Origin: a virus
Virus record (IMG/VR): IMGVR_UViG_3300033150_000473
Coordinates: 10,999-74,998 of that record
DNA length: 64,000 nucleotides
Direction: 5' to 3' (one strand)
The translations under genes and the position numbers were made by a program. Each line of letters starts with the position of its first letter. The stretch's first letter is position 1. The notes beneath the pieces are model-generated. The model was not told the DNA's origin and made no database searches. It saw nothing but the letters and a program-made list of their open reading frames with translations. This document shows positions 38,091-47,093 of this stretch, piece after piece.

Positions 38091-41000
38091 ATGAAAAGTA
38101 AAGTTGTTTTTTGTATACTCGTTAGCGCTATACTCGCGCTGGCGGTTTTCGCAGTCGTTAGCGCAGACCCAGCCACTGAATACTACGTATCAACGACCGG
38201 AGACGACACCGATCCAGGTACGGAGGCACAGCCGTTTCTAACTATCGCGCGTGCCCAGACTGCCGTGCGCGCTGAGATTGCAGGCGGAATGTCCTCAGAC
38301 GTCACCACCTACATCCGTGGCGGTAACTACTTTCTCACAAACACCCTGTCTTTCGATGCGAATGACGCAGGACGTGATGGGTACACAGTCATCTATAAGA
38401 ATTACACCGGCGAAACACCAGTCATCTATGGTGGCACAGAGGTTACAGGGTGGGTGCTCCACGCCGGGAGTATCTACAAAACAAATGTGGGGATTGGCTG
38501 GACGTTCTATAACCTCATAGAAAACCAGACACTCTCCACGATGGCACGGGAGCCAAACTCTGGCTGGCTTTCGGCTGTGACTGCACCAGCATACAACCAG
38601 ATCACGTATGGCGTGGGAGACTTACCCGTTTTCGATTATAGCGACGCGCAGCTAAGCATCAAGCTGGCAGCGCACGCAACGAACGAGTATTTCGCTGAGG
38701 TCTTGCCCATCACGAACGTTGATTTTGGTACTAGAACGATAACTGTGCATAAGCACGCGCACTGGTGGCCGTTCAACGCGGGTACTAGATACTTTGCGCG
38801 GGGCTCATTGGACTTTCTGGATCAGGCTGGAGAGTATTACCTCGACGAATCCACGGGCTGGTTGTACTACTGGCCCATAAACTTGCCCATTGCAGACCAG
38901 GAGATCGTTGCTCCCAGGATGAAGCGAGTTATCGAACTTGTGGGTGGTTCCACGTCAAGTCTTGTTGAGCACATGAAGTTTGACGGCCTCACGTTCAGGC
39001 TTTCAGACTTCACGAAAGAGCATGGGATGTACTACACTGTTGAGGAGGGCACTGACCACGCTCTGATTTTCATGCACAATGCGCAAAACATCGAGATTCG
39101 GGACTGCGACATAAAGTTTGCAGGCTTCGCCGGTGTAACGATGTGGGAGTACGCGCGAAACAACACTGTCTATGGAACGTGCATTCAAGAGGCAGGAACA
39201 GACGGGATTAAGCTCAGTGGTTATGCCGTGGGCGTCTTAGAGTACATCAATAGGAACAACACAGTCTCCAACTGTTACTTGGCAAATGGTGCTTTGTTCT
39301 GGCCCCAAGGGAATGCTATAACCATGTTCCAGACTGGTAACAACGAGATTGTACACAACGAGATTGTTCACTGGCCGCTGAATGGCATCCACATGGTCAG
39401 CAAGAACTATGACACCATGAGAACCGCCCCGTGGGGGTCTTCGGTCACGTGGGCCAACCACTGGGACTGGCTTTACACGCGAGACAACAACATTGCATAT
39501 AATGACATTTCCTATGTCCTAGAGAACTCTAGTGACGGCGGCGGTATCTACACATTTGGGACTGGCACAGGGAATGTTATCAACAACAATCGTGTACACG
39601 ACATCACATCAGGAAACCCCCGCAACGAGTCGACCGCAGGTATATACCTGGACAACTCGTCGAGCTATATCAATGTCACCAACAACATCGTCTATGGTAT
39701 TGGCTCGACTCGCGCCCGCCCAATACGCACCACGGGTGATCACAACCTGTTTGATAACAACGTCATAGCGGACAACCCGGGCATACTTGACGTAGTGGGG
39801 AATCACCCCATTGAAATACTCTTTCTTTACCAAACCAGTGCTTACCCCGATGCCGATACTGGGCACTTCACGTCTACGCACAACATTCTCTATCGCGCCA
39901 GTGGGTACTACGCGTATTTTCGTGATGGGGGCTTTACTGATAACCTGGACTCCTCAAACAACAACGTGTTCTATCACCCTGGAGGGTCAGTTCAATTCAA
40001 CGGCGAGGGCAACTTTGCTGCATGGCAAGCTGCTGGATGGGATGCAGCTTCCTTGGAGGCTGACCCATTGTTTACTGACAGGGCAAATCACGACTACTCA
40101 CTGGCGGGCGCGTCCCCCGCTCTGGGGTTGGGAATCGCGTCAATCGACCAAGCCAGCATTGGTTTGGAAGGCACCCTAGCCTGCATGAGTGGCCTCGGTC
40201 CCACACCAACTGTGACCCCCACACCAACCAGCACACCCACGCCCACGACATGTTGGGTTGGCCCCTTAACCTGCACGCCGACCATCACGCCGACGCCAAC
40301 CAACACCCCCACAGTTACCCCGACAGCCGCGCCGACGGCTACGCCAACGGCGGCGTCGTCTTGCTGGACGACAGACAACGAGGATTTTATCATACCGGGC
40401 GATTGGAAGGGTACGTCTATCTACACCGAGGCTGCGGGTGGGTATGTTGCGCGCAGTTCTACAAAGGCGCATACGGGCTCGTATAGTTACGAGCATTACG
40501 TAAATTGCAATGATAGTGGTTGTTGGTCTACGACATACAACCACCCCTGCTACGTGGACATGTTTGAAGGCATGGTGGATGCCTGGGTACTGTTCTCTGC
40601 GTATCCTGGCATAGACGTGCTTACTTACCCGTTCATGCGCGGCGCTGAGATAAGCGGGCTGGGCTGGGCGGTGAATCCGCCACAACACAAGACTGTATGG
40701 TCGGTGTACTATGATGACAGGGCAGGACATACCAACGAGGCGTGGTTGAAGTGTCATGTATGTAGCCCGCAACAGGAGTGGTTGCTAGGCACTATCATAC
40801 TCGACGTATGGCACGAGTACAAAGTGGAGTGGAATCTGCCATTCAACTCCACCGAGGGCACAATCAGCGCTTGGTTCAACGGGGTACTACAGGTCGGGGT
40901 GACTGGACTAACAACCACAAGTCACGCATGGGAGTTTGCAGACTTCGATGTTGTGTTCATGGGGCCGCTAGACTGGCACTACTTGTGGGGCGACGAGATA

Positions 41001-41567
41001 AGCACTTACGTGGACGACGTGGAAGTCTGTGGTTGTTTTGGTGAAGACCCTGCGACTCCAACGCCGTCTCCCGCAGACAAGTGCAAGAAGTACGGGCACG
41101 CAGCGGTACTCAACATCGACAGTGACTGCGAGGCCATACTGCGCCCAAGGAACGTAGTCGCATCTGTACCAGGAGATGCAATCGTTACGCGAGCGAAGTT
41201 GTATATCTATGGGACGGCTTCTGAAGTATTGGGAGAAACTGTCTACGTCACACCACTCAATCCTTTGTGGGGAGAGACGACAACAGACTGGTGTAGATCA
41301 CGGGTAGGGGCTTTGTGGGGCCAAGAAGGAGCCTACGATGTACCCATAGACCGAGAGCCAGGGAGCATCGCTACTTTTGAAACTGCCTTGGGGTGGATTG
41401 AGATTGATTTGCCCACGGCGCTCGTAGAGGATTGGGCACGCGCGGGCGGTGCAAATGCCGGGGTGATCCTTTGGAATAGCGCGCTAACGGGCAAGTTCAG
41501 CGTTGCCAGCAGGGAGTGGTACACGAGTGCCTACCAGCCGTACATGGAAGTGTGGTATACGCAGTAA
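38091..41567 (+). CDS. secreted right-handed beta-helix carbohydrate-active protein with PT linker, beta-sandwich and DNRLRE-like domain
   Basis: Signal peptide ending VSA; YYVSTTGDD...PFLTIARA; LDQAGEYY; DGGGIY; GIYLD; C-terminal SREW...P.MEVWY. Confidence 0.8.
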   Translation: MKSKVVFCILVSAILALAVFAVVSADPATEYYVSTTGDDTDPGTEAQPFLTIARAQTAVRAEIAGGMSSDVTTYIRGGNYFLTNTLSFDANDAGRDGYTVIYKNYTGETPVIYGGTEVTGWVLHAGSIYKTNVGIGWTFYNLIENQTLSTMAREPNSGWLSAVTAPAYNQITYGVGDLPVFDYSDAQLSIKLAAHATNEYFAEVLPITNVDFGTRTITVHKHAHWWPFNAGTRYFARGSLDFLDQAGEYYLDESTGWLYYWPINLPIADQEIVAPRMKRVIELVGGSTSSLVEHMKFDGLTFRLSDFTKEHGMYYTVEEGTDHALIFMHNAQNIEIRDCDIKFAGFAGVTMWEYARNNTVYGTCIQEAGTDGIKLSGYAVGVLEYINRNNTVSNCYLANGALFWPQGNAITMFQTGNNEIVHNEIVHWPLNGIHMVSKNYDTMRTAPWGSSVTWANHWDWLYTRDNNIAYNDISYVLENSSDGGGIYTFGTGTGNVINNNRVHDITSGNPRNESTAGIYLDNSSSYINVTNNIVYGIGSTRARPIRTTGDHNLFDNNVIADNPGILDVVGNHPIEILFLYQTSAYPDADTGHFTSTHNILYRASGYYAYFRDGGFTDNLDSSNNNVFYHPGGSVQFNGEGNFAAWQAAGWDAASLEADPLFTDRANHDYSLAGASPALGLGIASIDQASIGLEGTLACMSGLGPTPTVTPTPTSTPTPTTCWVGPLTCTPTITPTPTNTPTVTPTAAPTATPTAASSCWTTDNEDFIIPGDWKGTSIYTEAAGGYVARSSTKAHTGSYSYEHYVNCNDSGCWSTTYNHPCYVDMFEGMVDAWVLFSAYPGIDVLTYPFMRGAEISGLGWAVNPPQHKTVWSVYYDDRAGHTNEAWLKCHVCSPQQEWLLGTIILDVWHEYKVEWNLPFNSTEGTISAWFNGVLQVGVTGLTTTSHAWEFADFDVVFMGPLDWHYLWGDEISTYVDDVEVCGCFGEDPATPTPSPADKCKKYGHAAVLNIDSDCEAILRPRNVVASVPGDAIVTRAKLYIYGTASEVLGETVYVTPLNPLWGETTTDWCRSRVGALWGQEGAYDVPIDREPGSIATFETALGWIEIDLPTALVEDWARAGGANAGVILWNSALTGKFSVASREWYTSAYQPYMEVWYTQ

Positions 41568-41572
41568 TCAAC

Positions 41573-41601
41573 TTGCCAAGTTCTTCATTATGTGGTATAC
41601 T
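41573..41601 (+). promoter_or_regulatory. sigma70-type promoter with extended -10
   Basis: TTGCCA-17 nt-TATACT, preceded by TGTGG. Confidence 0.7.
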
Positions 41602-41606
41602 AAGAA

Positions 41607-41689
41607 CGGTGAAGATGAGCTTTTCATCTTTCCCCCTCCTTTTGAGTTAGGTAGGGCCGTCACTTTCCGGGGTCGGTGGCGGCTCTACC
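41607..41689 (+). ncRNA. candidate small RNA with anti-SD tract
   Basis: Own promoter; hairpin, CCCCCUCCUUUU, then a 15-bp hairpin. Confidence 0.5.
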
Positions 41690-42074
41690 GCGTCAGCCAC
41701 CCCTTGATCCGGCTAACGAGACTGATGTCCACTCTGAGGGCTTCGTGAAATGCCCTGCTGTCACCCAGATAGTCCGCCGAGACCCAGCCCTCACCGCCAT
41801 CCCACATTACGAAACACCAATCATCGAGACGCCCCCAGACCTCAACCTGTTGCCCTTCTGGTATCTGGTAAAGCCGCTCGTAGTCTGCACCTGGGCCTGC
41901 GCGGACGTTGAGCATCTCGGTGTTGACGCATTGGTGTCCGAGTGGGGCCGTGATGTCTACGTGGACGTCTAGGGCGATCTCTTTCGCCATAGCGGGGGTG
42001 ATTATAACTCCATAGGGCGCAATTGCATGACAGCAGATGAGCGCCGCGGTTTGTCTAACCATTCTCATGTTCAT
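41685..42074 (-). CDS. SH3b-domain protein
   Basis: LNVRAGPG...VEVWG...W...GWVSADYL. Confidence 0.85.
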   Translation of the reverse strand: MNMRMVRQTAALICCHAIAPYGVIITPAMAKEIALDVHVDITAPLGHQCVNTEMLNVRAGPGADYERLYQIPEGQQVEVWGRLDDWCFVMWDGGEGWVSADYLGDSRAFHEALRVDISLVSRIKGWLTR

Positions 42075-42823
42075 CCCCCTGCCTCACGCCGCTTGTTTGC
42101 CCACCACCGCTTCGTTGCCGCGCTTTGCTTGCGCTTGGTCTCGTCAGTGTGTTGTTTCCCCCACATGGGGTTAAGCTCGCCCATCAAGCGCCTGTTTTTC
42201 TCCCGACACCACTCGTCAGTACGCTTGCTACCTTTGGCGTTTTGGTTGCCCAGCCTTGCCCTACTTAGCTTGCGACGCGTTTCTTCAGAGGGTTTGCGCC
42301 CCGTGGCAGCGACGCCTATCTTAGCCCTTGTTTCGTCAGAAACCGTGCGGCCTTTTTGAGCCATGCCCATCTTGAGCTTGGTCTCCTCAGTATGCTTCCT
42401 GCCTCGCTGGGCTATGCTCATCTTGCGCTTGGCCTCGTCCGTATGCTTGTAGCCAAGGCATCTTTGGTTGCCCATCGCAGCCTTGCTCATCTTGCGTCTT
42501 GTTTCGTTAGTGTGAGTATGTCCCAGCATTGGTGCGGTAGCATTGCGGGCGGTATTGTAGCAGGCCCCCAAAGCAAAACGACCGTCAAGATGTTTCTGCT
42601 CGGCTGCTAAGAGTAAGGCGGCATCTTTTACTGTTTCTACCACGCGGAAGTCAAACATGTCTTCACCATATTTGTCCCAAGCGTGTTGTAAGTATATGCT
42701 ATGATGCTTGCCCTTACGGAGCTTGTTACGATGCCCCTTCATTCTCTTCTCAATGTTTACTGAGCTTCCGATGTATGCCTTTTTGTTCTCGCGATTCTCG
42801 ATTTTGTAGACACCCTGCATCAT
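42071..42823 (-). CDS. GIY-YIG homing endonuclease with NUMOD3 repeats
   Basis: GVYKI...YIGSS...R; repeated HTxETRxKMS units; AAGGAG RBS before ATG 42823. Confidence 0.93.
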   Translation of the reverse strand: MMQGVYKIENRENKKAYIGSSVNIEKRMKGHRNKLRKGKHHSIYLQHAWDKYGEDMFDFRVVETVKDAALLLAAEQKHLDGRFALGACYNTARNATAPMLGHTHTNETRRKMSKAAMGNQRCLGYKHTDEAKRKMSIAQRGRKHTEETKLKMGMAQKGRTVSDETRAKIGVAATGRKPSEETRRKLSRARLGNQNAKGSKRTDEWCREKNRRLMGELNPMWGKQHTDETKRKQSAATKRWWANKRREAGG

Positions 42824-42962
42824 GCCGTCTCCTTGACATAGAAAATCCCCACGGCAGTTGCGCACCATTGTGGTGTGGTAGGCAGGGCTGACCGTGGGGA
42901 TTGTCCACGTGTGTATTTTGGGATTGCAACACAAAACCCCGCTTCTACCACACCACGACTAC

Positions 42963-42991
42963 AGCATAGCATAGAATGCGTTTGTTGTCAA
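42963..42991 (-). promoter_or_regulatory. sigma70-type promoter of the GIY-YIG gene
   Basis: TTGACA-17 nt-TATGCT with TGn extension. Confidence 0.75.
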
Positions 42992-43056
42992 ATTATGACA
43001 CCACGGGCCGCAGCATGACAGCAGAGAAGCGCGGCTGTTTGCCTAACCATTCTCAT
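42988..43056 (-). pseudogene. truncated 5' remnant of the SH3b gene (MRMVRQTAALLCCHAAARGVII*)
   Basis: Near copy of the first 23 codons at 42000-42068. Confidence 0.8.
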
Positions 43057-43253
43057 TGCACTTTCCCTTCAAGAAGCCAAAGGCCAAAGATTGTTACTAT
43101 TAGCGTGGCACAGACACAGAAGTACAAGATGGCCCGTATCAAGTGCCCATCATCAAGCGCCCTGCCAAGCCTAGAAGCCAGGGTGTCGATGACAAACGGT
43201 ATCGCAGTCAGGCAGGCTGCGGCGCAGGCGAAAGCTACCAGCTTCTTTTGCAT
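43053..43253 (-). CDS. small 2-TM membrane protein
   Basis: 66 aa, two hydrophobic segments, GAGGAG RBS. Confidence 0.6.
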   Translation of the reverse strand: MQKKLVAFACAAACLTAIPFVIDTLASRLGRALDDGHLIRAILYFCVCATLIVTIFGLWLLEGKVQ

Positions 43254-43256
43254 GTG

Positions 43257-43637
43257 CTATCTCCTCAATCTCTTGTCAATAGCCCTCTGCCCACCAATCA
43301 CTGACGCTGGATCCACTGTCCGCAATGCCCGCCGGAACTCCTCCTCCATGCGTATCTCAGACCAGCCCATGTCAGCCCAGGCGTGGCGGTGCAGTCCTTC
43401 CAAGTAAGCTATGCTATCCCTCATGGTCGTGCCGTCAGGGATACTGCTCGCCAAGACAACTCCAATAAACATAAGCACGCCGCAACACCCCATCAACAGT
43501 AGTTGGTGCTGTCCACAACACCAGAGAAAACCCCAGCTCGCGGCTAAGAGAAGCAACCAGCCAACAAGCACAATAATGACTTCATGCTTGTACCAGCCAT
43601 AGCGGTGTCCGGTAATAGTCGTTTCAGCCCACCTCAT
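43257..43637 (-). CDS. membrane protein
   Basis: GGAGG RBS before MRWAETT; two TM segments. Confidence 0.6.
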   Translation of the reverse strand: MRWAETTITGHRYGWYKHEVIIVLVGWLLLLAASWGFLWCCGQHQLLLMGCCGVLMFIGVVLASSIPDGTTMRDSIAYLEGLHRHAWADMGWSEIRMEEEFRRALRTVDPASVIGGQRAIDKRLRR

Positions 43638-43650
43638 GGTTTCCTCCAAT

Positions 43651-44277
43651 CTAGTCGCATGCGACCATCTCCCCGTCCACGAAACGGAAACGGTTGGCGG
43701 TGTCTTCTCGCCCGTACCACGCCTCCAATACACGCGGGTAGGTATCAGGGATGAGCAGACGACCAGCGCGGATGCCTCGCTTCTTGAGCAAATCATTCAC
43801 CCGATTCCATTCATTGTGGGTACAGATCCCTGCCGCGGTGCACGCGGCGCGGCTCATGCTTTTCTGCGCGTAGTATCTGCGCATGATGCGGCGTGCGACA
43901 GAGTCGAGGCGACTCGCATTCGGCTCTCTCCCCATGCGCACATCGGCGTGCGTTTCGTTTGCCCTCTCCCAATCAGAATCCTCGAAGATGCGCCTGCGCT
44001 GTAGCTCTGTCCGGCTCACGCCTTCGTCCCGCTCAATTGCCAGCATTCGGTAAAAGCCCAACCCGCCAGCCGCAGCCAGCGCCAGAACGGTGTCAACCAA
44101 CAAGAGCGTCCAGGGGGAGACATCCCAAATCGCGTAGACCGTGATTGAGAGAGAACCAGAGAGCAGTAGCATGAAACCGCCTGCGTATAGAGCTGACATG
44201 GCAAGATCCACGAGGCCCGTACCGTATATCGCGGGAGAATCAATCATCGCAACGTTAGCGGAAAGTTTCTGCCTCAT
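43651..44277 (-). CDS. membrane protein with basic C-terminal domain
   Basis: 208 aa, two TM segments; GAGGT RBS. Confidence 0.6.
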   Translation of the reverse strand: MRQKLSANVAMIDSPAIYGTGLVDLAMSALYAGGFMLLLSGSLSITVYAIWDVSPWTLLLVDTVLALAAAGGLGFYRMLAIERDEGVSRTELQRRRIFEDSDWERANETHADVRMGREPNASRLDSVARRIMRRYYAQKSMSRAACTAAGICTHNEWNRVNDLLKKRGIRAGRLLIPDTYPRVLEAWYGREDTANRFRFVDGEMVACD

Positions 44278-45016
44278 TGTTTACCTCTGAGAAGAGCGCT
44301 TGAAAGCCGACGCGATAGGCATCGAAGTCGCTACTGGCGTGGACTGTCATATGGCACGAACGATGCAGGCTTACCAGGTTTGCCATCGCGCTGTTTTGCT
44401 TGTCACCGTCAATATGATGCACATCAAGCGCTCGGCCATTCTGAGGTTCGCCACAGAGGATGCAGATGAACCCGTCACGCTCTCGGACTGCCTGTTTGAG
44501 TGCCTCGTCGAATTCTGGTGGGTAACACTTTTGCGAAGCGCCCTCGCGCCAGAAATTGCAGTTTTCCCCAGAATGCGCGGCCCGAAACTGCGGGTCTTGC
44601 CACCGGGCTTTCATCCTTTCGGATATTTTGCGCAGCCGTTCCCCATCATCAAAGTCGCCCCGCGCCCATGCTGCCCTTAGTTTTTCAGACATACGTCGGC
44701 GCAGTTCTGGTTCTGCCATTGCCTCGTAATATCGTTGGCGGTAGTCTGGATCTTGCCAGACAACCTTCATCCCCAACGATATTTTCTGCCGCCATTCCTC
44801 ACCGTAAACCCCGCGTTTGTAGGCAGCCTTTACTATCGCGGACATCTTCCCGCGCCATTCCTTGCCGTAACCCCCGCGTGAGCGACGTGCTTCCAATCCC
44901 GCAGAATGCTTGCGCTGCCATTCGGGATCTTGTGCCTGGGCCTCGCCTGCACAGCTTCTACACCGCTTACTCCTTTTATCTATCTTGGCTCCACAATCCA
45001 GACAGGTATTCGTCAT
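44255..45016 (-). CDS. HNH endonuclease with NUMOD3-like repeats
   Basis: RERDGFICILCG...DVHHIDGDKQN...NLVSL...CH; repeated KMS...WQDP units. Confidence 0.88.
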   Translation of the reverse strand: MTNTCLDCGAKIDKRSKRCRSCAGEAQAQDPEWQRKHSAGLEARRSRGGYGKEWRGKMSAIVKAAYKRGVYGEEWRQKISLGMKVVWQDPDYRQRYYEAMAEPELRRRMSEKLRAAWARGDFDDGERLRKISERMKARWQDPQFRAAHSGENCNFWREGASQKCYPPEFDEALKQAVRERDGFICILCGEPQNGRALDVHHIDGDKQNSAMANLVSLHRSCHMTVHASSDFDAYRVGFQALFSEVNNEAETFR

Positions 45017-45153
45017 TGGTGGCGCTCCACCCGCTCAAGCTCAACGCGAACCAAGCGGTCTAGAATCGACACCATGCTCTCGCCTGTCAACGCGTAGATC
45101 ATGCGCAACTTCTTCAGCGTACTTTTCCAAATCTTGATTGTTTGTGTCTTCAT
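45013..45153 (-). CDS. ribbon-helix-helix-like protein (46 aa)
   Basis: MKTQTIKIWKSTLKKLRMIYALTGESMVSILDRLV; ATGA overlap with the HNH gene. Confidence 0.7.
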   Translation of the reverse strand: MKTQTIKIWKSTLKKLRMIYALTGESMVSILDRLVRVELERVERHQ

Positions 45154-45163
45154 GGTAGGGGTA

Positions 45164-45192
45164 ATTTTACCACAATGTGAATTACTTGTCAA
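45164..45192 (-). promoter_or_regulatory. sigma70-type promoter, near-leaderless transcript
   Basis: TTGACA-17 nt-TAAAAT with TGTGG; ATG 10 nt downstream. Confidence 0.8.
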
Positions 45193-45206
45193 GTGGGCAT
45201 CTCTGG

Positions 45207-45629
45207 TTACGCGCCCTTTCTCCTCCGTCTCCGTTTGTTCCTTGCTGCTCTTCGGTGCTCGTCGTTCACGTATCGGTGTTGCCCAGCATACAGTGACATC
45301 CCGCAGCCACAGGCACACCGCCTCAATCGTCCTCGAACCGCCGTGTGCGGGGGCACGGTCTCGGCAGGCCCCAGGTCGGGCCACGCCAACTCCACCGCAT
45401 CCCGTAAGTCCCCGCTACCGTTCAGCAATCGTGTCATCGCCAACCGAAACGGCTCAGAGATTTCGTACCAGCCGCTCGTTTCAGGGTGCGCCCAGTTCCA
45501 GACGGCTTGCCTGGAAAACGGCCTGCCGACGTAGGGACCTTCACGCCGGTAGTGGGCCAGTATCTTGCCCAGTGTTCCAGGGGAGCACTCGAAGTGGGCC
45601 AGGGTTTCCAGGATCGTTTCGGCCTTCAC
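45207..45629 (-). CDS. hypothetical protein with CxCGC motif
   Basis: 140-aa ORF on the coding strand. Confidence 0.55.
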   Translation of the reverse strand: MKAETILETLAHFECSPGTLGKILAHYRREGPYVGRPFSRQAVWNWAHPETSGWYEISEPFRLAMTRLLNGSGDLRDAVELAWPDLGPAETVPPHTAVRGRLRRCACGCGMSLYAGQHRYVNDEHRRAARNKRRRRRKGA

Positions 45630-45785
45630 TTTTCCTGTGCCTTCCTAAGCGGGTTTGGGCGAAAGTCCATATCTAATACAGCAACCCGAAACTAGACTCT
45701 CTGCGTGGCTCCTTTACGCTTATCTTTACGCTTTTTGATGCCAAAACAGCTCACCGCGGGATCACCCTTTGCCCCCGCAGTTCCC

Positions 45786-46556
45786 CTAGTCCAACAGAGA
45801 CAATTGCACGCCAGTCACCTGTGCCAGCCGCCTCTCTGACATTGCGCAGTATTCGGGATTCAGTTCAATGCCGATGTAGTGACGCCCCAGCTTCTTGGCG
45901 ACGAGGGCCGTGGTTCCGCTGCCCAGGAACGGGTCTAGGACAACATCGCCTCTGTAGCTGTAGAGCTTTATCAGCCTCTCGGCAATGGTTTCGGGGAAGG
46001 CCGCGGGATGTTTTGTCGCATTGGGTGATACGGCAGGAACGCGCCAGACGCTCTTCGTCCACTGTAGAAACTCGTCGCGTTCTATGTCGCTTTCCCCTTT
46101 GGCCTCTTTCCCGTCCACCTCGTTGGAAGCTACAATGATGAGTTCGTGGACATCTCGCAGGCACGGATTAGACGCTGACATCCACGACCCCCAGCCCGTA
46201 GAACTAAAGCCCCTGCTTGCGAAGTCTTTGAACCAGATGATATGGCCTCTAAGCTGGAACAGCTCAGCCAATTGCATTGTAATGGCAGACCCTAGTGGAA
46301 GATACGGATGCCGACCGTAGCCCTGGCATACCACCACAGCGATTCTGCCGTCAGGTTTCAGTACCCGCTTAGCGGCTATCCAGGCTTTCATCATGTCTGC
46401 CAGGTACGCAGCGTCGTTTTCCCAATGCGAGTATTCTCTGGCGTTCAGATATGGCGGGCTTGTGACTATTAGGTCTACGCACTGCTCTAGCATTTCTTGC
46501 ATTACAGCAATGCAGTCCCCGCAGACCACCGTATCCAACGCGTAAGCCCTACTCAC
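45786..46556 (-). CDS. DNA amino-methyltransferase (N4-C/N6-A, beta class)
   Basis: TSPPY motif IV before VLDPFLGSGTT motif I; HPAAFP. Confidence 0.93.
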   Translation of the reverse strand: MSRAYALDTVVCGDCIAVMQEMLEQCVDLIVTSPPYLNAREYSHWENDAAYLADMMKAWIAAKRVLKPDGRIAVVVCQGYGRHPYLPLGSAITMQLAELFQLRGHIIWFKDFASRGFSSTGWGSWMSASNPCLRDVHELIIVASNEVDGKEAKGESDIERDEFLQWTKSVWRVPAVSPNATKHPAAFPETIAERLIKLYSYRGDVVLDPFLGSGTTALVAKKLGRHYIGIELNPEYCAMSERRLAQVTGVQLSLLD

Positions 46557-46748
46557 CGCAATCCTCGCACACCTCGTCCACCCGCGGCCCCATGCCGCCT
46601 GTCCACCGTGCACCCTTCACGCTCCTAGTAACGGCGCACCGGAGGCACAGGTTCACTTCGCCGCCCTCGAACGTGAAGTGGTAGACATCTGGTGAGACGT
46701 CTTCCGTGGGGCCGACCTGAACAACTAGTTCACCGTCAACGACGTTAT

Positions 46749-47093
46749 TCATTTGGCTTCTCCTTGCTTCTGTTCCTCGGCTAACGCACAGCGCAGGCAC
46801 TTGCTGTCTGCCCAGTAGTCCGCGTCGTCAACCGTATGCTTGCAGACGGGGCACGTTAGGCCGCCTGAAGCCTTCTTGTCGCTTTCCCACTGTAAATCCT
46901 CTGCGATGCCAAGACGGAAAGCTGTCGCCACGTCGTGCCGACATCGAGGGCACACGTCGTTGCCCTGTACGTGTACCCAACGAATCTCATCGCCGCCGCG
47001 CCACCGACGTCCATCCTCAGTGAGTTCACTCCGCTTGTATTGGGCATGGTCGCAGATGTCACAGGTAACGATGGTGTCTGCTTTTCTACTCAT
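46749..47093 (-). CDS. Cys-rich hypothetical protein
   Basis: Four CxxC pairs; AAGGAG RBS. Confidence 0.6.
   Translation of the reverse strand: MSRKADTIVTCDICDHAQYKRSELTEDGRRWRGGDEIRWVHVQGNDVCPRCRHDVATAFRLGIAEDLQWESDKKASGGLTCPVCKHTVDDADYWADSKCLRCALAEEQKQGEAK

Noticed and set aside
36268-40350. ACGCCGAC/ACACCAAC repeats as CRISPR or DNA-level repeats
   Set aside because: They are degenerate codons for Pro-Thr linkers; no constant repeat-spacer structure and no cas genes.
486-41524. Numerous long - strand ORFs in the structural arm, and + strand ORFs in the early arm
   Set aside because: Shadow frames of well-supported genes in GC-rich DNA, without motifs or RBSs.
24037-41567. A second DGR target among tail or exported genes
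   Set aside because: No TR-like segment found by eye at their 3' ends; a formal alignment was not run.
43053-43253. Holin call for the 2-TM protein next to the SH3b gene
   Set aside because: It lies in the early-strand arm and the SH3b protein has no catalytic domain; topology alone is insufficient.
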